Assembly (NCBI GenBank): GCA_963751345.1
Contig: CAVVUS010000032.1
Coordinates: 26,271 to 90,270, forward strand
Reading direction: 5' to 3'
DNA from: an uncultured Chloroflexia bacterium
GTDB taxonomy: Bacteria; Chloroflexota; Anaerolineae; B4-G1; SLSP01
Length of the DNA stretch: 64,000 nt
Part shown: positions 42,867 to 53,315 of the stretch, piece by piece
Position numbering within the stretch: the stretch's first letter is position 1
Layout of the letters: each line of letters begins with the position of its first letter
Program-made: the position numbers and the translations under genes
Notes under the pieces: model-generated
The model's input: only the letters and a program-made list of their open reading frames with translations
What the model was told of the DNA's origin: nothing
Database searches by the model: none

Positions 42867-45321
42867 TCAATCGTCTGCCCTCACCCCCACCCACAGCCCC
42901 TCTCGCTCCAACACCCCCTCCGCCGCGCCCTTCTCCCCCCGCACCTCCACCGCCTGCGCCCGCGTCACGCTCAGCAAGTCCGCCTCGGCGTCCGCCAGCC
43001 ACAACGCCAGCGTCGGATCGTCCGCCACGACCACCAATCCCGGCAGCTCTGCACCCAGCGACATCGACCGCTCGCTCTTGTACCGGCGGACCGCCGTCGC
43101 GATCTCGATCAGCGTCTCCCCCAGCGCCTCCGCGTCGGGATCCTCCCACCGCTCGTCGACTTCGGGCCACGCTGCGCGGTGCAGCGAGCCAACCCACGCC
43201 TCACGCGCGAAAAGCGACTGCCAGATCTCCTCCGTCACGTAGGGCAGAAAGGGCGCCAGAAGCTTCACAACCACCTCGATCGCGAGGGTGAGCACCAGCC
43301 GCGCGCCCGCGGACGCTTCCGCATCCTCGCCGTAGAGCCGCAGCTTCGCCATCTCCAGGTAGTTGTCCGCCAGGTCACGCCAGAAGAAGAGCTCGACCTC
43401 GCCCTTGGCCGCGGCGTAGTCGTAGTGATCGAAATGCTCGGTCGCCGCGCGCACGACGTGCGCCAGCCGCGCCAGCATCCACCGGTCGCCCGCCGCAAGC
43501 CCCTCGTCCGGCACCTCGCCGCCGCCCTCGACATCGAGAAACCGTGCCGAAAACCGTGCCACGTTCCACAGCTTCGTCACCAGTTTCGCCCCGGCCTGGA
43601 TCTTCTCCTCACTGATCACGGCGTCGCGCCCCGGCCCGGTGCTCCCAGCCCAGTACCGCACAGCGTCCGCCGAATACGTCTCGATCATCTCCAGCGGCGG
43701 CATCGGCCCGCCGCCGCGGCTCTTGCTGATCTTGCCGGTGCCCTCCGGCGCCAGGCCCCACCCCGAGATCGCCGCGTGATCCCAAGGCACCGTGCCGAAG
43801 TTGTGGAGCGATTTCACAATCGTGTAGAAAGCCCACGTCCGGATGATCTCGTGCGCCTGCGGGCGCAGCGCGAAGGGTGTCACCTTCGCGTAGAGCGCCG
43901 GGTCGTCGAGCCACTTGCCCACGATCTGCGGCGACATCGACGACGTCGCCCAGGTATCCATCACGTCGGTCTCGGGGACAAACGCCGTGCTTCCGCACGA
44001 GCAGGGACGCCTCGGCTCCGTCGCGGTCGGGTCCACCGGCAGGTCGGCCTCGTCCGCCAGCATCAACTCGCCGCACGTCGCGCAGGTCCAGACCGGGAAG
44101 GGCACACCGTAGGCCCGCTGGCGCGACACACACCAGTCCCAGGCCAACCCCTCCACCCACTCGCGGTACCGGGCCTCCATATAGCTCGGGTGCCACTGCA
44201 CCTCTGCACCGGCGGCGAGCAGTTCTTGCTTGAAATCGAGCACCCGCACGAACCACTGCTTCGTCACCACGTACTCCACCGGCGTGTCACACCGCTCGTG
44301 AACCCGCACCGACTGCTCGATCTCCTGCCGCCCTAACAGCACCGCCTCCGCCGCCAGCGACTCGACGATCGCCGCCCGCGCCTCCGCCACCGTCAGCCCT
44401 TCCAATGCCCCGGCGAGCTCGGTCATCCGCCCGTGCCGGTCGATCGCCATCCGCAGCGGCAGATCGTGCGTGTACCACCAACCGACGTCCGTGACATCTC
44501 CAAAGGTGCAGCACATCACGGCGCCCGTCCCCTTCTCCGGGTCGGCACCGGGGTCGGCCAAGATCGGCACGAGCTGTCCCGTGTAGGGCACCTTCGCCCG
44601 GCGCCCCACCAGCCCTGTGTACCTTGCATCGTCCGGGTGGACGAAAACCGCGACGCAGGCGGGCAGCAGCTCGGGCCGCGTCGTGGCGATCTTGAGCGTT
44701 CCGCCGCCCTCCAATCCGAAGGCCAGCGTGAAAAAGACGCTCTCGCGAACCAGGTCATTGAGATCCGCCTGGGCGATGGCCGTGTGACACGTCGGGCACC
44801 AGATCGTCGGCGCCTCCTGCCGGTAGGCCAGGTCCTTCCGCACCAGGTCGATGAACGACGTCTGCGACACCCGCCTCGACGGTGCGTCGATCGTCCGGTA
44901 CGTGTGGCGCCAGTCGATCGACAGCCCCAGTCGCTGCCACAGCGTGCGATAGTCGACCTCGGCGCGCTCGCTCACCGCCAGGCACAGCTCGATAAAGGCC
45001 TCGCGCCCCACGTCCTCCGCGCGCACCCCCTCCCACCGCTCGACCAGCCGCTCGGTCGGCAGCCCGTTGTCGTCGAACCCCATCGGGTAGAAGACGTTGT
45101 CCCCGCGCATCCGGTGGTAGCGTGCCACGAAGTCGGTATGGCTGTACGAGTAGACGTGCCCCAGGTGCAGATGGCCCGACACCGTAGCCGGCGGCGTGTC
45201 GATCGCGTAGACCGGGTGCTCAACGTCCTCCCGATCGAAATGCATAGACACCCTGCGCCGCCCAGAACGACGCAATTCGCGGCTCCGCTTCCTCAGCCCG
45301 ATATCGTTTCGGCAGTCTCAT
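42867..45321 (-). CDS. valS: Valine--tRNA ligase, archaeal-type (type 2); frameshift near 45240
   Basis: IDTPPATVSGHLHLGH, PMGFDDNGLPTERLVE, DWCVSRQR, DVMDTWATSS, RPQAHEIIRTWAFYT, KISKS; no coiled-coil tail. Confidence 0.9.
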
Positions 45322-45462
45322 AGAAACCCCCGTTTGAACGTCTGCACGTGTCTGCACTTCCGCGCGTCTGCGGCGCAGTGCCTTCTGTTGCACCACGTCC
45401 TGGTCACCTCAGGTGTCAGGAACGTTCGGAACGTGCCAACGCTCCAAACGCCCACGATGAAC

Positions 45463-45790
45463 ACAAAAGAGCCCATTCCATCCCAGGGACGGATTGGGCT
45501 CCGCGGTACCACCCTGATTCACCCAACTGGTGTCGTTCACCAGCGTGGTGCATCTCTGTGACCCTCAGCCGGTGCACGACACGCCCGACGAAGGATCCTC
45601 GCGATAACGGGCGACCCCGTAGCCGCTTAAGACCCGATCTCCAGGTCCCTCAGCCGCTCAACTCCCGGGCGACCTTCGATGGCTTGCACTGCAGAGGGCT
45701 TGCAGCCGGTGGCCCCCCTCTCTGTCCCAGCGCCGGGGACTCCTGCGAATCCCCACCACCTACTCCTCCCGTTCGTCGTCTTTGACGAAT
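45463..45790 (-). ncRNA. T-box riboswitch with Val (GUC) specifier
   Basis: AGAGAG and GCTG loop motifs; GAAG-GTC-G specifier at 45671-45673; CCGTTATC; GGGTGGTACCGCG...CGTCCC antiterminator; GAGCCCA...TGGGCTCTTTT terminator. Confidence 0.9.
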
Positions 45791-45803
45791 GTAAGTTACC
45801 TAC

Positions 45804-45831
45804 AGTATAGAATGAACCGCCCGAATGTCAA
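45804..45831 (-). promoter_or_regulatory. Sigma-70 promoter of the T-box/valS leader
   Basis: TTGACA-16 bp-TATACT. Confidence 0.7.
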
Positions 45832-45932
45832 CAAACGGCGACACAAACCACAGATTACCTTGACCTTGCGCCTTAGCCCCATCCATGTTACAACCTTCCA
45901 CACTCACTCCAAGCGCCCGGAAGGAGCTCCTG

Positions 45933-48123
45933 ATGACCACCGACGTAGACAAGACCCACCAGCTCTACCATCCGTCGCTCCGCGACATGCTGATGCTCAG
46001 CCGCCCATCGGATGTGCGGATCTCGCCCGACGGCGCCCGTCTGGCGTTCACCGTCCAGGTGACGAACTGGCAGGACGACTGCTATGAGAGCGCGTGCGTC
46101 ATTCACGATCTGGACTCCGGCTTGACCACTCCCCTCACCCGCACGGGCAGCGTCTCCCAGATGGCGTGGGTCGACGACCGCACCCTTGCCGTGCTCCGGC
46201 GCACCGACGGCGGCGAATCGCAGGTCTGGCTCTACGAGCGTCTCGTCGGCGAGGGCTGGCAGGTCACCCGCCACAAGGGCGGTGTGCAGTGGTTCGAGCC
46301 CTTCGCCGGGGGCATCCTCTTCCTGGCGGACGACCCCGAGCGGAACGAGCAGAAGGAACGCAAGGATCGCTTTGGGCAGTTCACGCACTTCGAGCAGGAG
46401 CCCAGCGCCTCGGCACTCTACTACGTCGGTCTGGCCCATCTGCGCGCCTACGAGGCGCAGGCCCGGGCCTCGACCGAGGACGAAGCCAAGAAGCTCGTGC
46501 AACCCGTGATCGAGCTCAGCCGCCTGTTCCCCGAGCCCCTGAGCATCCAGACCGTCGTGCCCTCTCGAACTGGGGACGCGATCTACCTCACGTGTCGCAG
46601 CCACGATGACCTCGTCTATTACCGCGAGACCTCCAGCTTCCGTATCAGCCTCGACGCCCAGGCCGCGCTCAACGAGTATCTGCGGCGGCAGATGGAGAAG
46701 CAGGCATCGAAGGACGGACCGGCAGCGCAGGAGGGAGGCGACGAGGCAGAGAAGAGCGAGGACACCGCCTACCTCGGGACGCTCACGAGGCTGGCTATGC
46801 CAAATGGCGCGTCGATCGCCGGCGTGTCGCCCGACGGAAAGAAGCTGATGGTGGTGCATCAGGGACGCGACCTCAAGATGTACACGCGTCAGGACGTGTG
46901 GATCGTCGACGCGGAGGCAGCGCTGGCAGCGCAGGACGCTGAGGCCTTCACCGCGGCCATGCGCAACCTGACAGCCTCACTCGACCGCAGCACCATCGAC
47001 GGAGGATGGTTCGAGTGTGGCATCCTCGTCCTCTATGCCGACGGTACAGTCCTCCGCGCCGCCCGCCTCGACGAGGATGGCACGGTCCACCCCATTGACC
47101 TGGGGGAGATCCACCCGACCAACAGCCTGCACGCCTCAGACGGGGGCCGCCTGGCCTTCGTCGGCGCCGGCGCCCAGACCATCTCCGAAGTCTACGTTGC
47201 GGACTTGCCCCCTGCAGGTGCCTCGCTCGGGATCGGGGGAGGACGCACGTCCTCTTCAAGCCAAAATCACCTGGGTCACCGACTTCGGCACGGCGTTGGC
47301 CGAACTGGGACCTGGGCACCGTGGAGACCATCAGCTGGGAGAGCCGCGATGGCACCATCATCGAGGGCGTGCTCCGCAAGCCGGCGGACTTCGACCCATC
47401 TCGCCGCTATCCCCTGGTCCTGGTCGTGCACGGCGGGCCGCAGTGGCTCTCGACTGAGGTATCTGCTCGCCGGCGAGGACCTCCGCACCTATCCCTCGGT
47501 GCAGTTCATGGCCAGGGACGTGCTCGTGCTCAAGCCCAACTACCGCGGCTCCATCGGGCGCGGGCAGGCCTTCGCGGAACTCAACGTCAACAACCTCGGG
47601 CGTCGGCGACCTCTGGGATATCGAGAGCGCCGTCGATCACCTGGTGGCGCTCGGCTATGTGGATCCGGACCGTGTCGGCTGCATGGGCTGGTCGCAGGGC
47701 GGCTACATCTCGGCCTTCGCGGGCCTGCACTCCGACAAGTTCCGCGCGGTCTCCGTCGGGGCAGGCATCTCCGATTGGTACACCTATCACATCAGCAACG
47801 ACATCCCCGACTTCACCCTCGACTACCTCTCGGGGTCACCCTTCCGGGATCGCGAGCGCTACGTCAAGACCGCGCCCATCGCCAATCTCGCCAACGCCCG
47901 GACGCCGATGCTGATCCAGCACGGGAGCGATGACCATCGCGTCCCGCTCTCCAATGCGATGGAGCTCTACCGCGGCCTCAAGGAGATGGGCGTGCCTGTC
48001 GAACTCTACATCTTCCCGGGCATGGGCCACCCGATCACCAAGCCGCGTGAGAACCACGCCGTCATGCACCAGAACCTCACGTGGTTTTCCCGGTATCTGC
48101 TCGGGGAGGAGGAGGAAGAATAG
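45933..48123 (+). CDS. S9 family (prolyl oligopeptidase-like) peptidase; about three frameshifts
   Basis: ISPDG propeller repeats, VHGGP, PNYRGS, GWSQGG, HGSDDHRVP, GMGH. Confidence 0.88.
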
Positions 48124-48251
48124 CATCCCCCACTGGGGGAGCCGGGGCGGGGGAAGGTCTGCGGAAGCGAATCGCGGTCACTGGCGCAGCGCCCCCTGTC
48201 TGTCCTCGCCCGCACCGCGCAGGGGTGAGAGGCCGGACCCCACCTCACGCG

Positions 48252-48683
48252 TCATCCGTCGCCCGCCAGCTCCCAGTCTTCGTACTCGAACCCCGGCCCC
48301 ACCGTGCAGCCCACCAGCGTGTACGCGCCAAGCGTCCGCGCGCTCTGCCACCACCCCGCCGGAATCACCGCCACCGGCGCCTGGTCCTCAGCGACCGGAC
48401 CCAACCGGAACGTGCCCACGTCCTTCGCCTCGACGTCGATCCACGTCAGCTCCAGCGGATCGCCCTCGCAGAAGTGCCAGACCTCGTCCGACCGCACCCG
48501 GTGCCACGCACTCACCTGCCCCTTCAGCAGCAGAAAATAGATCGTCGTCAGCGCCGACCGCTCGCTCCGATCGTCGTCGGGCTGCACGGTGGCAGCCGAC
48601 CGGAACACCTCCCGGAAGTACCCACCCTCCGGGTGCGGCTCAAGGCCAAGCTGCTCGATCAACACACTTGCACGATCCATCAT
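48252..48683 (-). CDS. Cupin_5 (DUF985) protein
   Basis: HPEGGYFRE, TTIYFLL, WHRVRSDEVWHF, GCTVGPGFE. Confidence 0.9.
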   Translation of the reverse strand: MMDRASVLIEQLGLEPHPEGGYFREVFRSAATVQPDDDRSERSALTTIYFLLLKGQVSAWHRVRSDEVWHFCEGDPLELTWIDVEAKDVGTFRLGPVAEDQAPVAVIPAGWWQSARTLGAYTLVGCTVGPGFEYEDWELAGDG

Positions 48684-48693
48684 CGTTACGAAC

Positions 48694-48733
48694 CAACGTT
48701 AGCACGTTCAAACGTGCCAACGTTCAAACGTTC
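48694..48733. repeat. 8-bp periodic GTTnnAAC array
   Basis: gttagcac/gttcaaac/gtgccaac/gttcaaac. Confidence 0.7.
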
Positions 48734-48743
48734 TTCTCCCCCG

Positions 48744-50003
48744 TCACTGATACACCACGAACGCCGGCAGCGGCTCCAGCCCAATCACCTGCGACGGTGT
48801 CATCAACGGCGTGTCGTAGTTGTAGAAGAGCTTGAAGCCCCCATACTCATATCCCGGCTCGCGGGCGTACTGCTGATAGTCGCCGATCTTCGCCCCCGGC
48901 CCGCCGAACCCGTCGGCGTCCCACACCAGATCCACCATCGGGTAGGCGACGATCTCGTCCTTCCCGCTGAACATCCGGTCGTCAAACTCGTGGATTACAA
49001 GCACCTTGCGCTCCCCGACCGCCGTCGCCACGTCGCTGAGCCACGCCTGCACGACGTTGACCAGCGCGCCCGTCATCGACCCGATCTTTTCCCCCGGTAT
49101 CGATACGCCATCCAGCATCATGAACTCCGGATCGATGGCCAGATGCACGCCGGGTTGGCTCACGAACTCCCGGACGTACGCGAGCTCGTTCGTGATCTGG
49201 CTGTAGCCGGGCTGGATGTCGACCACGCTCAAGAGCCCGTTCTGCCGCGCCGACGTCGATCCATAGATGCACGGTTTCCGTCGGCACGCGGTGCACGTAG
49301 TCGCCGTCCGCGCCGGGATGCTTGTCGGCGATGGTGACCACCATGTGGAAGAAGGGGACCACCGTCGCTGACGTGATCAGCTCCTGGTACGCCAGGGACT
49401 GGCCGATCGCCATCGACACCGTCTCGGTGGCCGTCGCCGTGCCGAGGATGCCCAGTCCACGCCCGAGCGGCGTGCCGTACAGTCCCACCCACATGCGCTG
49501 GTAGAACGGTGAGTCGGGATCCTCCGGCCTCACCGGCATCGTAATGAGCGCCGTCGCCGTCGGGGTCATCGTGGCCGACGCCACGGTCTCCGTGACGGCA
49601 TCAGCCGCCGTGACCGTAATACGGCAGCCGACGCCGTTGCGGTCGGGGGGAGCTCGGTGACCGTCGGGGCCACCGTGGGCGGCAGGGCCGTCGGCGGGAC
49701 CTCCGTAGGAGGAAGCGCGGTCGGCGGCACAGGGGTCGATGTCGGCTCGACCGTCGGCGATGCTGTCGCCATAGAGCCGTCCGGCGACCGCGTCGAAACC
49801 GCGGTGGCGGGTATGGCCACGGAGGCCCCTCCGCTTCCACCGGTTGCCGGGTCTGGGGCCCGCCCCGGTGCCGCGCCGAGGCCTCCACCCAGAAGCAGCA
49901 CACCTGAAAGCAGGACCAGGCCCGTCGCCAGGGCCGCCAGGGAGATACGGTAGAGCCGGTGAGCCCGGCTCTTCGATAGGGGATTCGGATCGTGTTCGGT
50001 CAT
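48744..50003 (-). CDS. Membrane-anchored hypothetical protein with Pro/Thr linker and conserved C-terminal domain; two frameshifts
   Basis: N-terminal TM helix, PTxT repeats, then YGTP...LGILG, VVDIQPG, HLAIDPEF, DGFG....K, GFKLFY. Confidence 0.7.
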
Positions 50004-50007
50004 GGGC

Positions 50008-51063
50008 TAGACGGACGATCGTCGCGAAGTCATCGACGTAGATGTCGAGCAGATCCCGCAGCATCGTGGCCGATGAGGGAATCGGCGTCTGCTCGTCGAT
50101 GATCAGCGAGAGCGTGCCGTAGATGTCGGTCGTGTAGACGACGCCCATCTGCCGCCGTCCCAGTCGGCCAAGGGGATGGCCGGCCGGCATCGGCGTGGGC
50201 ACCGCCGTCAGCTCATAGCTGCCGTCGGGCAGCCGCTCTGCACGGGCCAACAGCCGGTAGCGCTCGCCCCGCGCCGCGGCCTCCCGCAGCGCCCCCACAG
50301 GGACCTGCGTGATCCCCGTTCGCACCACGTCGGCCAGCTTCGCGTCGACGCCCAGTACCGCGTTGGCGAGGATCACCAGCTTTGCCGCTGCGTCGAACCC
50401 CTCCAGGTCCCACGAGCCGTCGCCCTCCAGCGCCCCCGAGTCCTTGGCCTGCTTGATCGCCTCATCCCACGGCACGCCGTCCGACAGCACGTCCATCACG
50501 TACCCCGTCACGAGGTTGGGCACGGCTTCGATCAGTCGAACCTGGGCCCCCCGCAGATCGCGGCAGCCAACGTTCAGCGCGGGCGCGCCGCCCGCAACTG
50601 TCCCGTCATAGCGGAAGGCCACGCCCTGGGCGATGGCCAGGTCGTGCAGTTCGCGGAAGGCGACGACCAGCGGCCCCTTGTTCGGCGTCACGACGTGCAT
50701 CCCCTTCTTCATGGCCAGGCGAATGCACGTGAGCGCGGGCTCGGCGCCGCTGTCGAGATTGACGGGCGAAGCCTCCAGCAGCAGGTCGGCCTCTGCCGCC
50801 GACACCAGATCGACGGCGCCCCAGCCCATACGTCCTGCTCCTGGATACTCCCCGACCGTGCCGCCCTCGCGCTTGAGTCGCGCCACGGCGGCCATATCCA
50901 GCCCGCCGGCATCGTAGGCCGCGCCGCGGCTGTCCGCAGCGCCCACCAACACCAGGGCCAGCCCGTACCGGTCCTGCAACATCTCAGCCCGCTCCGCGAC
51001 CAACTCGCAGAACCGCCGCCCCAGGTTCCCCAGTCCGACCAACACGATTCGTACCCGCTTCAT
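50008..51063 (-). CDS. hom: Homoserine dehydrogenase, short form without ACT domain; 3' end uncertain
   Basis: GLGNLG, DSRG, HVVTPNKGP, DLEGFDAAAKLVILAN. Confidence 0.8.
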
Positions 51064-51117
51064 CCACACCCCCATCACTCAGAATTCGCTACCGCTGCCT
51101 TGCGACGACCCCTCTGA

Positions 51118-51166
51118 CCTTGCGAAGGTGTCCCGAGCGACGCTCGGGCGCGCACCTTCGCAAGGT
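51118..51166. repeat. CCTTGCGAAGG...CCTTCGCAAGG hairpin
   Basis: Related arms at 26543-26602. Confidence 0.55.
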
Positions 51167-51221
51167 TCACGCCCCAGCCCCCTCGCATCCTTCTGCCCTC
51201 GCCGCCCAGCCTTGCGAGAGC

Positions 51222-52538
51222 TCACACCCCATCGGCGTCCAATCTCACCGCCAGCAGCGGCACCAGCATCTCCTCCGGCATCAGCCCGCCGTGGCGCCCT
51301 GCAAGCCGCTTCACGTCCTCCTTCGTTCGCACGAAGGCGCCGTCTCCCTTGGCCACGCCGATGATGTCACCCAGCCGGAACGGCACCTCCGGGTGCACCG
51401 CGCCCGGCCCCAGCAACCCGCTCGCCAACACCTGGTCTCGCGTCGCGAACGTGAAGCGATCGCCGAAGTGCTCGTGCAGATACGACCATGCCACGTCGAA
51501 CGCACCGTTCCTGACGTAGAAGAACGGCACCCGGCTCTCCCCCACCGGCGGGAGCCAGAGGCTGTCGCGGAGCACGGGATGATCTCCCAGCACCACACAG
51601 GCCTCGGCCGGCGATCCGATCTGGCCGTGGTCCGCCGTCATCAGCAGCAGCGTGCCCTTGCGGTCCTCGGGCCTGAGCTGTCGCAGGAAGATGTCCTCCA
51701 TCAGCAGCGAGATCGCGCGGATCTCGGCCTCGCCCGACACATCCTCCGGCCCGTGCTTGTGCGCCAGCGTGTCCACAGCGGGCCAATACCCGCCGATCAG
51801 TGCGCGCCGGCCGCGGGTGGCCTCCAGCACCTGCCGCAGCGTCAGCCAGAAATCCGAGGCGTAACTGTGCCCCCGCACTTCCTTCACGCCCCGGAAGTGC
51901 ATCCGCGAGAGCGGCGTCGTCGTGAACTGTTTGTGGATCACCGCGTACGTCGGGATCCCCTGCGGTCCGAGCTGCTGTGCCACCGACGGCACCGGCAGAA
52001 AGGTCTCGGGGTCGAATCCCCACCGCGTCAGCGTGTTGGTAAAGGGCTCGAAGGGCGAAGAGAATCCGATCGCCTCCACCGCCATCATCCACTCGCGCAG
52101 ATAGAGCTCGTAGGCCAGCAAACCGTGTTCGGCGGGCGGGTGCCCGGTCCAGATCGCACTCAATACGCTGTTGGTTGTCGATAGGAAGGTCGTCGTCAGC
52201 GGCACCAGCCGCCCGGCCTCGGCCAACCGGTGGAAGACCAGATCGTCACCGCGATCCATCACGCGCCGAAGCGTCATCCAGCCCAGTGCATCCATCACCA
52301 ACAGCATCACCCGCTCCACGCCGTCGAGCATTCCGTCGAGGAGATCGCCGGCCAACGGCGGCAAGACGCCCGCCAGCTCCCTCCCCAGCGCCCCGGCAGC
52401 CGTCGCCGCCAGGTTGCCCACCGAGCGGCCATCGTAGCGCGGCCACACGAGGTGCTCCGGGAGCCTCAGCTCGGCCGCAGCAGGCCCATCCGGCACATAC
52501 GAGCGGAGATCGCCCTCCAGCTTCGAGACATCCGTCAT
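51222..52538 (-). CDS. Alkaline phosphatase superfamily / nucleotide pyrophosphatase-phosphodiesterase
   Basis: VMDALGW, STT, DTLAHKHGP, TADHG, HGGL.PEEM.VP. Confidence 0.85.
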   Translation of the reverse strand: MTDVSKLEGDLRSYVPDGPAAAELRLPEHLVWPRYDGRSVGNLAATAAGALGRELAGVLPPLAGDLLDGMLDGVERVMLLVMDALGWMTLRRVMDRGDDLVFHRLAEAGRLVPLTTTFLSTTNSVLSAIWTGHPPAEHGLLAYELYLREWMMAVEAIGFSSPFEPFTNTLTRWGFDPETFLPVPSVAQQLGPQGIPTYAVIHKQFTTTPLSRMHFRGVKEVRGHSYASDFWLTLRQVLEATRGRRALIGGYWPAVDTLAHKHGPEDVSGEAEIRAISLLMEDIFLRQLRPEDRKGTLLLMTADHGQIGSPAEACVVLGDHPVLRDSLWLPPVGESRVPFFYVRNGAFDVAWSYLHEHFGDRFTFATRDQVLASGLLGPGAVHPEVPFRLGDIIGVAKGDGAFVRTKEDVKRLAGRHGGLMPEEMLVPLLAVRLDADGV

Positions 52539-53072
52539 CTAGCGCACCATCCCTTGGATAAGAAAACCGATCAATACCTGCAGGTTGAACGCAACCACCC
52601 AATCCCGCCACGCGCGCGACGGGTGAGATTGGCCAATCTGATAGATTGGCCCAATCTTGCCTGGCCACGCCAGCAAGAGAGCCGGCAGCGCTAGCAGGCA
52701 CCACGCAGGCACAACGCCCGCAACAATCGCGACCACCAGCACGGCAGCCTCGCTCGCCACCCGCGCCCCCACCGAGCGCCACCAGGCCGGGAGCCCGGCC
52801 ATCAGCACGACCCCGACCAGCGCCCAGTCCCACACGATAGCCCCGCCAAACCAACCTGCCACCACGTACAGCGGCACCGCACGCGTCGCCCAGTCCGCCC
52901 CCAGCCACCTCGCGACGGCCGCATACACGCCCAGGCTCAGGACAAGCGTCGCCGCGCCCCGCAGCACGTCGTACCGCCCGCCGGCGCCCCACACCGCCCC
53001 CGCGCCGAGGCAGAAAGCCAGCACCGGCAACCCGAGCCGCCTCCGGTCACTACGCCTCACCGTCTGCGCCAC
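52539..53072 (-). CDS. Hypothetical multi-pass membrane protein (weak UbiA/MenA-like resemblance)
   Basis: Hydrophobic ORF abutting the next gene; start uncertain. Confidence 0.5.
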   Translation of the reverse strand: MAQTVRRSDRRRLGLPVLAFCLGAGAVWGAGGRYDVLRGAATLVLSLGVYAAVARWLGADWATRAVPLYVVAGWFGGAIVWDWALVGVVLMAGLPAWWRSVGARVASEAAVLVVAIVAGVVPAWCLLALPALLLAWPGKIGPIYQIGQSHPSRAWRDWVVAFNLQVLIGFLIQGMVR

Positions 53073-53076
53073 AGAT

Positions 53077-53315
53077 CCATCCGTGAAATCCGTGCAATCT
53101 GGTCATCCGTGATTCAGAGGACTCCATCCGCAACCGGACCGCGGGCAGCCTGCCTGAGGCAGCCTCAGGATCTCGCCCGCTCCGTCGACGTCGAACTGCC
53201 CGCACACAGGCGCATTCTCAGCGTCCTGCCCCCACACGGTGGACCGCGAGACACCCGCAGTCCGGCGACCAAACCATCCGTGAAATCCGTGCAATCCGTT
53301 GCATCCGTGATTCAG
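53077..53315. repeat. Two ~41-bp direct repeats CCATCCGTGAAATCCGTGCAATC...CATCCGTGATTCAGA
   Basis: Copies at 53077-53117 and 53274-53315; related motif at 20015-20034. Confidence 0.8.

Noticed and set aside
48982-51078. 698-aa homoserine dehydrogenase fusion
   Set aside because: It reads through an out-of-frame stretch of the downstream gene, consistent with indel errors.
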